A stretch of DNA of 64,000 nt from Vicinamibacteria bacterium (GTDB lineage Bacteria > Acidobacteriota > Vicinamibacteria > Marinacidobacterales > Marinacidobacteraceae). Positions 39,248 to 49,826 of this stretch are shown here, in pieces (position 1 is the first letter of the stretch; each line of letters starts with the position of its first letter). The DNA lies in NCBI GenBank assembly GCA_965199715.1, contig OZ241322.1, forward strand, positions 1,056,001 to 1,120,000, written 5' to 3'. A program made the translations under genes and the position numbers. The notes beneath the pieces are model-generated. The model made no database searches and was not told the origin of the DNA. It was given only the letters and a program-made list of their open reading frames with translations.

Positions 39248-40665
39248 GCCCCCTGCTCGGCCGGCGCAGCGCCCGCGAGGGCGCGAACCTGACGCTGACC
39301 GCCGTGCTGCTGCTCGTCGCCGCGGTCGGCCTCAACGTCGTGGCCGACCGGCGGAACGTCTCGTGGGACGTGACCTCCACCGGGCAGTTCAGCCTCGCCC
39401 CGCAGTCGATCCGGATCGTGGAGGGGCTCGACCGCGAGGCGCTCCTCGTCGTGCTGGACGAGCCGCGGGCGGCCGGGCCCACCATCGAGCTCTTCGAGCG
39501 CTACGCCGACGCGAGCCCCATGGTCGCTTGGGAGCTGATCGACCAGGAGGCCCAGCCGGCGCGGGCGCGGGAGTTTCTCGCCGGCGCCGAGGAGAGCATC
39601 CCGTTCGGGACCGTGGTGGTCACGGTAGGCGATCGGACCGAGCGCGTTTCGGGCGCGAGCGAGTCGGAGATCACGAACGCGATCGCGCGTCTCGTGGCCG
39701 GGAGGGAGCGGCGGCTGCGCTTCCTGACCGGCCACGGCGAGCTCGCGCTCGACGAGATGGGCGGCGGCGGGTTGTCGGCGATCCGGGACCGGCTCCGCGA
39801 GGCCAACTACGACGCGGCCGAAGTCCCGCTTCTGGAGCAGGTGGACGACGGCGAAGTCGTCCTCCCGGACGACGTGGACGCGCTGGTTCTGGCCGGGCCG
39901 GCGCGGGACCTCCTCGCCGCCGAGACCGAGGCGCTCGCCGAGTACGTGCGGGGCGGCGGGAAGCTGCTGGTGATGATCGACCCGCCCGAGCTCGGCGAGG
40001 CGGACGGGCTGGACCCGAGGGAGAACCTGACGAGCCTGCTGGAGGACTTCGGGATCTCGCCCGGCGGCGACGTGGTGCTCGACGGGAGCGGGGTCGGGCA
40101 GCTCTTCGGGTTCGGGATCGAGGTTCCGCTGGCGGCCGCCTACGGCTTCCACCCGATCACCCGCGGATTCGAGACGCAGGCGACCGTGTTTCCGCTGGCG
40201 GAGAGCCTGATCGGCGCGGAGCCCGCGGACGCGCCGGCCGGCGTGACGCTCACGGAGCTCGTCCTCACCTCCGACGTGAGTTGGGGCGAACGCGACGCCG
40301 ACGAGCTGCTCAGCGGCGAGGTGATTCCCGACGAGGACGAGCGCGCCGGGCCGCTCGCGCTCGCGTGGGCGGCCAGCGTCAGCGGCGGCGAGGACGCCGA
40401 GGGGCGCCTCGTCGTGGTCGGGGACTCGGACTTCATCGGCAACAACCTCGTGCTCGCGCCGCTCGGGAACGCGGACCTCTTCCTGAACATGGTCGCGTGG
40501 CTCGCCGAGGACGAGGACCGCATCGCGATCCGGCCGCGCGATCCCGAGGACCGCCGCATCCTCATGACCGCCGCGAGGATGCGGACGGTGATCCTGCTCA
40601 GTCTCGTGTTCCTGCCGGGGTTCTTCGTGATCTGGGGCGTGGCCTCGTGGTGGCGGCGGCGCTGA
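39244..40665 (+). CDS. GldG-like ABC auxiliary protein
   Basis: FLTGHGE, GRLVVVGDSDF and N..LFLN.V.WL motifs with N- and C-terminal TMs. Confidence 0.88.
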   Translation: MSPLLGRRSAREGANLTLTAVLLLVAAVGLNVVADRRNVSWDVTSTGQFSLAPQSIRIVEGLDREALLVVLDEPRAAGPTIELFERYADASPMVAWELIDQEAQPARAREFLAGAEESIPFGTVVVTVGDRTERVSGASESEITNAIARLVAGRERRLRFLTGHGELALDEMGGGGLSAIRDRLREANYDAAEVPLLEQVDDGEVVLPDDVDALVLAGPARDLLAAETEALAEYVRGGGKLLVMIDPPELGEADGLDPRENLTSLLEDFGISPGGDVVLDGSGVGQLFGFGIEVPLAAAYGFHPITRGFETQATVFPLAESLIGAEPADAPAGVTLTELVLTSDVSWGERDADELLSGEVIPDEDERAGPLALAWAASVSGGEDAEGRLVVVGDSDFIGNNLVLAPLGNADLFLNMVAWLAEDEDRIAIRPRDPEDRRILMTAARMRTVILLSLVFLPGFFVIWGVASWWRRR

Positions 40666-40666
40666 G

Positions 40667-41938
40667 GTGAAGCGCGGCACGCTGCTGGCGCTCGGCCTCG
40701 CGGCCGCGGTCGGGGGCTGGATCGCGCTGTTCGAGCGCGGCGAGCCCGACGCCGGGAACGACGACGCCGTCTTCGGGGTCGAGGTCGCGGACGTGGATGC
40801 GGTGCTGCTGGTTCGGCCCGGGGAGGCGGACGTCCGGCTGACCCGGGGCGGCGACGGGTTCACGGTCCGCGAGGGCGACGGTGAGCCGGCGCCGGCGGAT
40901 CCGGCGGAGGCGGACGAGCTCCTCCAGAACGTGGCGTCGCTGGCGTCCGGCCGCACGCTCGCCGGCGACGCGGCCGAGTTCGGGCTGGATCCGCCGGCGC
41001 TGTCGATCGCGGTCGTCGTCGGGGACGAGACCCTGACGGCCGCCCTCGGCGACGAGACGCTGACCGGCGGCAACCGCTACCTGCGCTTCGGGGACGCGCT
41101 CATGGTCACGCCCGAACGGGCGTTTCGGAACTTCGACCGGAGCGCGTGGGATCTGCGCGACCGCCGGGTGTTCCGGGGCGACCCGTCGGCGCGGGGGCTG
41201 CGGGTCGAGGCGGACGGCGCGCGAGCGGCGATGACCCGGGACGGCGGCGACTGGACCGTCACCGAGCCGTTCCGGCTGCGCGCCGATCCGTTCTCGGCGG
41301 CGCAACTCGCCGCGAACCTCCTCGACCTGCGGATGACCGCGCTCGCCCAAGGGGACGGCGACTTCGGATTCGCGACGCCCCGGCTCGCCGCGGAGATCAC
41401 GCTGGCCCGGGGCGAGGAGGTCGAGGCCCGGACCGTGGTCTTCGGCGCGGACCGGCCGCCAGGGGTGTTCGCGAGGGTGGAGGGCGATCCGCTCGTGTTC
41501 GTCGTGGCCGAAGAACCGGTGGAAGCGCTCGAGGAGGCGGCGCGCGACGGCCTCGAGTCGGTCCGCTCGCTGCGGCTCTTCGGGTTTTCGGTGTGGGACG
41601 TGGACGAGGCCCGCTTCGGCGAGACCGAGTTCGCGCGCAGCGAGACCGCCGAGGGAACCGAGTGGACGCTGGGCGGCGAGCCGGTGGACGCGAGCGCGGT
41701 GGAGGATCTGCTCTACCGGCTCAACTCGACCGACGCCGACGCGGTCGGCGACGAACCCGGCGACAGCGAGCCCGACTGGGTGCTGCGCGTCGGCGACGAG
41801 GAGGTGACGGTGCGCGTGGGCGAGGACGAGGTCCTGGCGCACCGGGCGGGCGACGAGCGGACGCTCGCGCTGTCGCGGGCGACGTGGGACGGAATCGTGG
41901 GGTTGCTGGAGGCCGCGTCCCGCCCGGCGGAGGAGTAG
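40667..41938 (+). CDS. DUF4340 domain-containing protein
   Basis: N-terminal TM, FGLDPP and LRDR repeated modules. This is the typical fourth gene of the operon. Confidence 0.78.
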   Translation: MKRGTLLALGLAAAVGGWIALFERGEPDAGNDDAVFGVEVADVDAVLLVRPGEADVRLTRGGDGFTVREGDGEPAPADPAEADELLQNVASLASGRTLAGDAAEFGLDPPALSIAVVVGDETLTAALGDETLTGGNRYLRFGDALMVTPERAFRNFDRSAWDLRDRRVFRGDPSARGLRVEADGARAAMTRDGGDWTVTEPFRLRADPFSAAQLAANLLDLRMTALAQGDGDFGFATPRLAAEITLARGEEVEARTVVFGADRPPGVFARVEGDPLVFVVAEEPVEALEEAARDGLESVRSLRLFGFSVWDVDEARFGETEFARSETAEGTEWTLGGEPVDASAVEDLLYRLNSTDADAVGDEPGDSEPDWVLRVGDEEVTVRVGEDEVLAHRAGDERTLALSRATWDGIVGLLEAASRPAEE

Positions 41939-41945
41939 GCGGGGG

Positions 41946-42338
41946 TCAGACCGGCGGGAAGAGGATCCGGCGAAATGTCGCGGTCGCGTAGCGGGTCGCC
42001 TCGTAGCGCTGGATCTGCTGCTGCGCGAGATCGAGACGGTCAGCGAGGTCTTTCCGGCTCAGGCCGGCGGCGATCCGCGCCTTGTCGAGGGCGTCCCCGA
42101 ATTCCGCGAGCGAGCTCGTCGGAATCCGCCCGAGGTTGGCGGAGCCGAGGCCCTCGTGCTCGCCCAGCTCCCTTCGAAGGTCGGCCGGAACGCTCTCCAT
42201 TCCCTCGCCTTCGGCTCGCAGCCACCGCGGATGGACGTCGGCGCGCTCGGGGGCGAAGGCGTGGAACTCCCGGATCGCCCGCTCGATCCGCCGCGCTTGG
42301 GTCCGGGTGATCCAGTACTGGCGCTGGTTCGCGATCAC
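41946..42338 (-). CDS. XRE-family HTH regulator/antitoxin, probably C-terminally truncated
   Basis: MIANQRQY.IT start and ARIAAGLSRKDLADRL....QQIQRYEA HTH. Confidence 0.75.
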   Translation of the reverse strand: MIANQRQYWITRTQARRIERAIREFHAFAPERADVHPRWLRAEGEGMESVPADLRRELGEHEGLGSANLGRIPTSSLAEFGDALDKARIAAGLSRKDLADRLDLAQQQIQRYEATRYATATFRRILFPPV

Positions 42339-42688
42339 GAGACGCCCTCCAGTCGGACGCGCACGACGCCCGACGAATGCAGGTGCGCCGACGACGGCGA
42401 GCGCAGTTTGCTGGCCGGTCAGGCTCGCCCGCAGGTCGTCGGCGCCGATGCGCGGGCGCCCGGGGCGTTCGGCCGGTCGAATCTGGCTCTCGTAATGGGC
42501 GGCCTCGCGACCGCCTTCGAATACCCGGTAGCGAACCTCCGCGTCACCGGTCGCGACGGCGATGATCGCGACGACGACTTCGGGCCTGGCGCGGAGCGTC
42601 GGGCATGGGAATCCGCGGGAGGTTATCCGAGAGATCGGACATTTTCCGTCACGCTTTCCAAGAAACGGCTGGTAACCTCGCGCCCCGC

Positions 42689-45673
42689 ATGGACAGTCCG
42701 GTCAAGGAGCACCACGAGCTACAGCCGATCCTCCACTCCCCCTACGACGAGCCCGACCGGCACTGGAAGCTGGTCGATCACCAGACGACCGGGGACATCG
42801 TCGATCGCCGCCGGCCCGCCGAGGAGCGCGCCCCGACCCGGCGGCGCCGGCAGAAGGCGCTGCTCGGGGACGACCAGGTGGGCGAGACCGGAACGACGCC
42901 CAGCCCCATCGACAACTTGCGCGCGGAGGTTCGAGAGTGGCGCCGCGCGCAGTGGCCGGGGGTCACCGGAAACACCCGCCGGCTGCTCGAGTACTGGGCG
43001 CGTCCGCCGGGCGAAGGGGCGTACCACAGCCCCTTCTTCGCCCAGCGCGAGGCCGTCGAGACGGTCGTGTACCTCACCGAGGCAGCCGACTCGAACCATG
43101 AGTGCGTGCGGCGCCTGAAGAAGCTCGGCGACGACTGGAGCGGGGGCCTCACCCGGCTCGCGATCCGCATGGCCACCGGCACCGGCAAGACCACGGTCAT
43201 GGCGATGCTGATCGCCTGGTACGCGGTCAACCGCCGCGCGGAGCACCGGGCGGGACGCGGACTCGCGCGCAACGTCGGCATCCTCGTCGTCATCGCCCCC
43301 GGCCGGACGATCTCGGGCCAACTTCGCCGCCGGCTCGACCCGCGCCGCGGCGACAGCCTGTACGACTCGGGCCGCCTGCTGCCGCGGGATCTGCGGCCCC
43401 GGCTCAACAACCTCCGGGTGACCGTCCTGAACTTCGAGAAGCTCCGGCCCCGCCCGGCCGTGGGACTGCGCTCCATCGAGATCGAGGGCAAGGAGGCCAT
43501 CGGCTGGGCGCGGGCCGAGGAGACGGCCGAAGTCCCCGAGACCTACGACCAGCTCTGGGACCGGCTGCTCGGCCGCGTGGACCCGCGGCACGGCGACCGG
43601 GTCGTGGTCCTGAACGACGAGGCCCACCACTGCTGGGAGCGCAAGGCGGGCGCGAAGAAGCGGCGCGACGGCAGCGACCAGGGGGTCTGGATGGAGGCCA
43701 TCCACGCGCTGGACGACCACCCGCGGTTCCGCGTCGCGCAGGCCATCGACCTGAGCGCCACGCCGTTCTTCATCGACCCGGCCAACACCCACGTTCCCCC
43801 GGACACGAGGATCCCGCGGCGGGATCCGCTGGTTCCGTGGATCGTGAGCGAGTTCGCGCTCACCGAGTCCATGGAGGCCGGCCTCGTCACGATCCCCACC
43901 CCGCCGCGGAAGACCGACGCCGCGGAGCCGGACGCGCTCCAGAACCTGTACGAGGACAACGGCGGCCGCAGCCTCGACTCCGCCGCGAACCGGAAGAAGG
44001 TGCTGAACGCGGCGCGCCTGCTCTACTCCGACTACGAGGCCACTTTCAGGGCGTGGAAGGAGCAGGGCGACCCCTCGATCGGGCGTCCGGTGCTCATCGT
44101 CATCGTGAACTCGAAGAAGAACGCGCGGGCGATGCTCGACATGCTGGGCGGCGCCCGCCGGGGGACCGAGGACGCCTGGGACATGCCGTCGGGGTTCGAT
44201 CTGCTCTCCAACGTGCCCCACAACGGCGCGACCGAGCAGGAGTGCCTCGCGCGGCCCGCCCGGACCATCCTCGTGTACAGCAAGGGCCAGGGCGCGGTCG
44301 AGAAGAGCGCCGACAGCCGCTTCGACCAGGGCGCGATCGGCGTCGAGGAGGTCAAGGACAGTCGCAAGCTGGAGGAGATCCTGCAGACGGTCGCCGAGCC
44401 GGGCCGCCCCGGCCAGCACGTGCGCTGCGTCGTGAGCATCGGCATGCTGACGGAGGGCTGGGACTGCCAGCGGGTCACCCACATCCTCGGCTACCGCAAG
44501 TTCGGCAGCCAGTTGCTGTGCGAGCAGACCACCGGGCGGGCGCTGCGGCGCCACGACTACGAGAACCGGATCGAGGTTCGCCGAAGCGACGACGGGAACG
44601 TGACCGAGCGGTTCGAGGCGACGTACGCGACGGTGCTGGGCGTGCCGTTCAAGAACTTCGGCCCGCCGCCGGGGCCGACCCCCGGAGTCGTCAAGCCGCG
44701 CCGCACGGTCCGCGCGGTCGAGGAGCGCCGGATCAGCCATCGCATCCGGGTTCCCGACCTGTGCGACTACAAGCTCGTCCACGACACGCCGACGATCAAG
44801 CTGGATCCCGACCGGGTGGGCGCGGCCAAGCTGGCCTCGAGCGGCGACCGGATCGAGATCACCTGGGCGAAGTGCCGCGGGCCGTTCGGCAAGGAGCGCG
44901 TGCTCAAGGCGGCTCCCGCCGGACGGCCGGACGCGGGGGCGTGGAAGCTGGCCGCCGATCTCGCGACCTGGCTCACGAGGCGTCGGAGCGACGACCTGCG
45001 CAGCGGCCGCCTCTTCGCGTCCTGCCTCGTCGCCGTGAGGGCGTGGCTCGCCCACGGGAAGGTCGAATGCGAGCGGCCCGAGGCGCTTCTCCACGACGAC
45101 GTCCGGCAGGAGGCGCTCCACCAGATCCTGCACGCGGTCGTGGACGACCGCGACGCGCCGATCCAGAAGGTCGGAATCGCGACCGACCCCAAGGCGCTGC
45201 GCCGCTCGGCGGGCGACTGGGGGCCGTTCCAGACCACGCTGACCAACGTCGCGGAGGTCGGCAACTCGGAACTCGACCTCGCCGCCTGCCACAACCATTT
45301 CGAGACCAGGATCGTGCGAGCGCTCGACAAGCACCCCAGGGTCGCCGCGGTCGTGCGCAACCACGGCCCCGAGCGGTTCGAGATCCCATACCGCAGCGGC
45401 GGACGGTGGGCGCGGTACGTCCCTGACTTCATCGTCCGCGCCGAGCCGATCGACGGGGTCACGCCGCACCTGATCGTCGAGGGCAAGGGGCCGCGGGACG
45501 GAAAGGCGGCGGACAAGGCGGCGTGGACGAGGGAGTGGTGGGTTCCCGCCGCGAATCACGCCGCCCGCGACGAGGGCGAGCCGGAGGCCCGATGGGGCTA
45601 TCTCGAGATCCGATCGCTCGAACGTCTCGACCAGCAGATCGAGGCGGGCGTCCGGAGGACCGCAGCGTCATGA
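42689..45673 (+). CDS. Type III restriction enzyme Res subunit (SF2 helicase plus PD-(D/E)xK nuclease)
   Basis: FFAQREAVET, MATGTGKT, NDEAHH, MLTEGWD and YVPDFIV...IVEGKG motifs. Confidence 0.9.
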   Translation: MDSPVKEHHELQPILHSPYDEPDRHWKLVDHQTTGDIVDRRRPAEERAPTRRRRQKALLGDDQVGETGTTPSPIDNLRAEVREWRRAQWPGVTGNTRRLLEYWARPPGEGAYHSPFFAQREAVETVVYLTEAADSNHECVRRLKKLGDDWSGGLTRLAIRMATGTGKTTVMAMLIAWYAVNRRAEHRAGRGLARNVGILVVIAPGRTISGQLRRRLDPRRGDSLYDSGRLLPRDLRPRLNNLRVTVLNFEKLRPRPAVGLRSIEIEGKEAIGWARAEETAEVPETYDQLWDRLLGRVDPRHGDRVVVLNDEAHHCWERKAGAKKRRDGSDQGVWMEAIHALDDHPRFRVAQAIDLSATPFFIDPANTHVPPDTRIPRRDPLVPWIVSEFALTESMEAGLVTIPTPPRKTDAAEPDALQNLYEDNGGRSLDSAANRKKVLNAARLLYSDYEATFRAWKEQGDPSIGRPVLIVIVNSKKNARAMLDMLGGARRGTEDAWDMPSGFDLLSNVPHNGATEQECLARPARTILVYSKGQGAVEKSADSRFDQGAIGVEEVKDSRKLEEILQTVAEPGRPGQHVRCVVSIGMLTEGWDCQRVTHILGYRKFGSQLLCEQTTGRALRRHDYENRIEVRRSDDGNVTERFEATYATVLGVPFKNFGPPPGPTPGVVKPRRTVRAVEERRISHRIRVPDLCDYKLVHDTPTIKLDPDRVGAAKLASSGDRIEITWAKCRGPFGKERVLKAAPAGRPDAGAWKLAADLATWLTRRRSDDLRSGRLFASCLVAVRAWLAHGKVECERPEALLHDDVRQEALHQILHAVVDDRDAPIQKVGIATDPKALRRSAGDWGPFQTTLTNVAEVGNSELDLAACHNHFETRIVRALDKHPRVAAVVRNHGPERFEIPYRSGGRWARYVPDFIVRAEPIDGVTPHLIVEGKGPRDGKAADKAAWTREWWVPAANHAARDEGEPEARWGYLEIRSLERLDQQIEAGVRRTAAS

Positions 45674-48247
45674 GCAAGACCCCGGACGCCTGGGAGCACG
45701 GCGGCAAGCGCCCGAACAACCCCACCCAGGAAATCGTGGAGACCGCGAAGCCGCGGCGGAGCCGCCAGCACGCGAAGGACGTCCGGGCGCGCAGCGACGC
45801 CGAGCCCACGCTGCGCTGGAAGCGCTCCCGCGAGACGAAGACCGCGGCCGCGCCGATGCTCATGCGGGCCGAGCAGATCGACCCCGAGGCGTGGGTCACG
45901 ACCCTGAAGCGGGTGCGCGAGCAGGGCGACCTGTTCGCCCCGTTCAACGCCTTCCGGGAGCCCGGATCGGCGACGCTCGACTGGTACCAGCACGCCGGCA
46001 ACTGGTCGAACCGGCTCATCCACGCCGACGCCCGGCGGGCGATGGCGTCGCTGCTGGAGCACGAGCACGCCGCCGGCTCGGTGCAGATGTGCTTCTTCGA
46101 TCCGCCCTACGGCATGGACTTCGACGCAAGGTTCGGCAACGACACGATCCAGCGGCGGGCGTTCGTGGACACCTACGAGAAGGGCGTCCACTCGTATCTC
46201 GACGGAATCCGCGAGACCGCGATCCTCGCCCGGGAGCTGCTGACCGAATCGGGCAGCCTGTTCATGCAGATCGGCGACGTGAACGTCCACCGCTGCGCGA
46301 TGGTGCTGGACGAGGTGTTCGGGCCGGAGAACCGGGTGACGACGATCACGATGGCGACGACCGGCGGCGGCAGCAGCACCAAGTCGATCGCGAAGGCGGG
46401 CGACTACCTCCTCTGGTACGCGAAGGACCGCGAGGAAATGGCCTTCCAGGCGCTCTACGAGGAGCAGGACGTCGAGGCGTGGTGCGATGGCCAGACTTTT
46501 GCGGGGGGGGGGGGATTTCCCTGATGGAACGCGTCGAGCGCTGAGGCCCGAGGAGCGGCGAGACCCAAAGCGGAATCTCCCGGAAGGCACTGTCCTTTGG
46601 GCGATGCGAACGTTGTTGTCGCAGGGGCCTTCCAGCGGCGAACAGGGCCAACCGTTCACGTGGAACGGAATTCAGTTCGGCCCGCGAGGACTCGAAAAGG
46701 ACCAGTGGCGTGTGGATCGCGCCGGCCTCGAGGCCCTCGCCACTGCAGATCGCTTCTGGACAGCGGTGAAGCCAGGGACCCAGACGGCGCGAGCCGCTCA
46801 ACTCCAGCTACGGATTCTTAGGTCGGAAATGGCGGGCCGACGCCTCAACAACGTCTGGGCCCGGCAGATCGCCGCGACCGACAAGCGTTATCCCGTCCAG
46901 ACGGGGGATCTCGCCATCCAGCGCTGCATGCTGATGACGACCAAGCCGGGCGACCTCGTGCTCGATCCGACCGGTGGCAGCGGCACGACGGCGGTGGTCG
47001 CCGAGGAGTGGGGCCGGCGCTGGATCGCGATCGACAGTTCCCGGGAGAGCCTCGCCGTCGCCCGGGAGCGCGTGCTCGTGCGCGAGTACCCGGCGCATCT
47101 CCTGATCGGAAGCGCCGCCGGGTTCGCCCGGGAGAACGCGCTGCGCCACGCCGCGGGTCAGGAGCCGCTCGCCGGGCGGCCCCACGGCTCCCGCGATCCC
47201 GCCACCGGGATCGTCGTGGGCCGGACGCCCTACGTGAGCGCCGCCACGCTCGCCTACCGGGACCGGCCCGACAAGGCCCGAACGCGCGACGTCACGTGGT
47301 TCGCGGACCGTCCCGACGGCGGCAAGAAGGGCGGCCGGATCGCGAGCCGGTTCACCGTCGAGACCGAGCACCTCGAGCAATACCGCAGCCCCGAGGAGCT
47401 TCTCAGCCCCCGCGAGCGGCGTCGGCAGGCGGACTGGAACGAGCGCGTCCTGCGCATGCTCGGCGACAAGGGCGTCGGCTCGAACGAGGGAACCCGCTGG
47501 ACGCTCGAGGACATCGAGAACGTCGCCGACCGGCAACCCGAGAGCCGCCCCGGCGCGATCAGCCACCGCTGCCGTCTGATCGACCACGCCACCGGCGCGG
47601 CGAAGGACTGCGTCATCGCCATCTGGCCGCAGGACGCCAAGGTCGGCGTGGGCAACATCCAGCGCAACGTCCGCGAGGCGATCAGCCAGCACGTCGGCGG
47701 CGACGACCTCGCGCTGATCGTCGTGGGCGCGGAGATCGACGGCGGCTCGCACCAGTCGCTCGACGGCGGCCGGTGGCAAATCCCCGTCGCCCGCATCGAG
47801 GCGGGGGCCGAGCTGCATCTGAAGGAGACCCGGCGCAAGGCCGGCGACTCCGAGTCGGCGCTGCTTCTGGTCGCGGAGCCGGACGTGGAGGTCGAGGACG
47901 CCGGCGACGGGAAGCGCCGGGTCGCCGTCAAGGGCTGGCACCAGTTCAACCCGGTGACCGGCGAGTCGGACTTCTACGCCGCCGACCACATCCGCATGTG
48001 GCTGCTGGACACCGACTACAACGGGACCGAATTCTGCGCCCGCCGCATCCACCTAAGCGCGAAGCTGCGCGCGAAGGAGAACCGGAAGGTGCTCCAGAGG
48101 GTCCTCGGGCGCAAGGGCGACCCGGACGCGATCCGCGCGGTGTTCGGCTCCCGCAGCGAACCGTTCCCCGCGCCCGAGCAGGGCGAGATCGCCGTGCGCC
48201 TGATCGTCGGGAACGGGAGCGTCCTGAGCTGGCACGGCCCGGCTTAG
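45670..48247 (+). CDS. Type III Mod-like N6-adenine DNA methyltransferase, frameshifted at a poly-G tract (two ORFs: 45670-46524 and 46487-48247)
   Basis: DPPY motif IV in part 1 and DLVLDPTGGSGTT motif I in part 2. ATGA overlap with res. Removing one G joins the frames. Confidence 0.88.
46503..46514 (+). repeat. G12 homopolymer inside mod (candidate phase-variation switch)
   Basis: GC-G12-ATTTCCCTGA. It is the longest homopolymer I noticed in the window. Confidence 0.85.
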
Positions 48248-48309
48248 GGCCGGGAGCCTCGCCGCCCTTCTTCACGCCTACAGTTTGACAATCCGGGTAA
48301 CCTTCCGGT

Positions 48310-49056
48310 GTGGCTGCGACGACGCGAAGCTTCCAAGGCGGCGCAGTGACGGACCCGGCCCGCCCCGTCGACGACAGCGGCTCTGGATTCGAACTCATTG
48401 AGCTGTCAGTGGTTTTCGCAACCACGTCGAACAACCCGTCAATCATCAATCCGGATTTTCTCGCTCGCGCCGGAATCGTGGGCGAGGACTCGCCACTTAG
48501 CGGTGACCCCATCACTACTCCGGTGTTCTCACTGGTGAAGTACCAAACAGGCCTCGCCGTGCAAGCCGATCCTGAACGGGTCGTGTTGACGGAATCCCCG
48601 AATACTGGGAACCGGGTTGGCGCCCGGTGCGCACGGATGGCGTCGACATACGCGCAGGCGGTCCCGCACGTGGCGTACCGAGGAATCGGCGTCAATCCGA
48701 AGTTCTTTTTCCACCTCGTCCCGACAGTTCAGGCGGAGATGGCCCGACTGCTGCATGAGCGCGGCGGTTGGCTGGAGTTCAAGGATTGCGAACCCACGGT
48801 GCAGCTCAAGGCGGTTTACGCACTCGACGCTCGCCAGATCACTGTCGATGCGAGCGCCGCCACAAGACGCTTGGGGCAAGGGGCCGAGCAGCGCGGTTTG
48901 CTAGTCCAGTGCAACGTGCACCGGGAGCTCACCGGTGACGCCGAGGAGCGGGCAGACGCCATGGCAACGATTCTTGAGCGGTGGGAGCGCGACATGAAGG
49001 ACTGCCGAGAAGTGGCGCGGCGCTTCGCCGGTCGCCTTCAGCAGGAGGCCCAGTGA
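48310..49056 (+). CDS. Hypothetical protein, TIGR04255-like; gene 1 of the lower-GC operon
   Basis: SVV....NNPSIINPDFL...GIV, Y.GIGVN and N.HR.L motifs. Alternative GTG at 48346. Confidence 0.6.
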   Translation: MAATTRSFQGGAVTDPARPVDDSGSGFELIELSVVFATTSNNPSIINPDFLARAGIVGEDSPLSGDPITTPVFSLVKYQTGLAVQADPERVVLTESPNTGNRVGARCARMASTYAQAVPHVAYRGIGVNPKFFFHLVPTVQAEMARLLHERGGWLEFKDCEPTVQLKAVYALDARQITVDASAATRRLGQGAEQRGLLVQCNVHRELTGDAEERADAMATILERWERDMKDCREVARRFAGRLQQEAQ

Positions 49057-49826
49057 ACGAGACGCCGCTCCAGTCGCCAACGAAACGCCGACTGGTCGCA
49101 ACCACGGCTCTCCTGACGGGAGATTTCGGCGAACGCGCTGACGCGACCAGGCCGCCAAGCTTCCCTGAGGAGGCCTTCTTGGCGGCGGAGGTGCGTGTCC
49201 CCTACGTCGTGCGTGCCGACCGAGTCCTGGTGCGGCGGGGTGGGCAGAATGCGACTTCGAGTATGCATGAGAATTTTTGGGCGGGGCTCGTTTCGTCCGG
49301 CAGTGCCGTCGGCGAGTTCGATAGCCCACTGCGCGAGTTCCACACCAACACCCTGAAGCCGGCGTTGAACGTTCTCACGCTTCTGGCACTCGTCAAGGCA
49401 ACCCAAGCCGAGCACACCCGCGGCATGGCCGGAATGCCGGACGCCACCGCCGCTCCGGACGCGAACGCGGACCTGCGAGCCGCCCTGATCGACCTTGATG
49501 AAGCGTCGGACGAGGCGCGAGAGGAAGGGTTCCCAGCGCTTTCCGAGAGGGCTCTAGGCGACGCCAGACGCCTGCTGAAGGACCTCTACCGTATGCACCC
49601 TTGCCGACTTGAGGTCTATCCGACGCCCGATGCCGAGATCGCTCTCGTGGCGCCCGGCGGGGACGATAGATCCGTGATGGTGTTGTGCGCTTCGGATGGC
49701 GGCGCTCTATGCACAGTCAACATTGACGGGAGACTCCGATACGCACGGTACCCAAGCGCCGCCAGGCTCCCGGACGGCTTTGTCCGTGAAGGCATGCGGG
49801 ACTTGGTCCGAGCGAGATCGCATTGA
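49053..49826 (+). CDS. Hypothetical protein; gene 2 of the lower-GC operon
   Basis: GTGA overlap with gene 1, a disordered-looking N half and a compact alpha/beta C-terminal domain (A..LL......EVYPTPD.EI.L). Confidence 0.6.
   Translation: MNETPLQSPTKRRLVATTALLTGDFGERADATRPPSFPEEAFLAAEVRVPYVVRADRVLVRRGGQNATSSMHENFWAGLVSSGSAVGEFDSPLREFHTNTLKPALNVLTLLALVKATQAEHTRGMAGMPDATAAPDANADLRAALIDLDEASDEAREEGFPALSERALGDARRLLKDLYRMHPCRLEVYPTPDAEIALVAPGGDDRSVMVLCASDGGALCTVNIDGRLRYARYPSAARLPDGFVREGMRDLVRARSH

Noticed and set aside
37551-41938. Gliding motility locus
   Set aside because: GldA/F/G-like ABC plus DUF4340 operons are widespread in non-gliding bacteria, and no other gld/spr genes are present.
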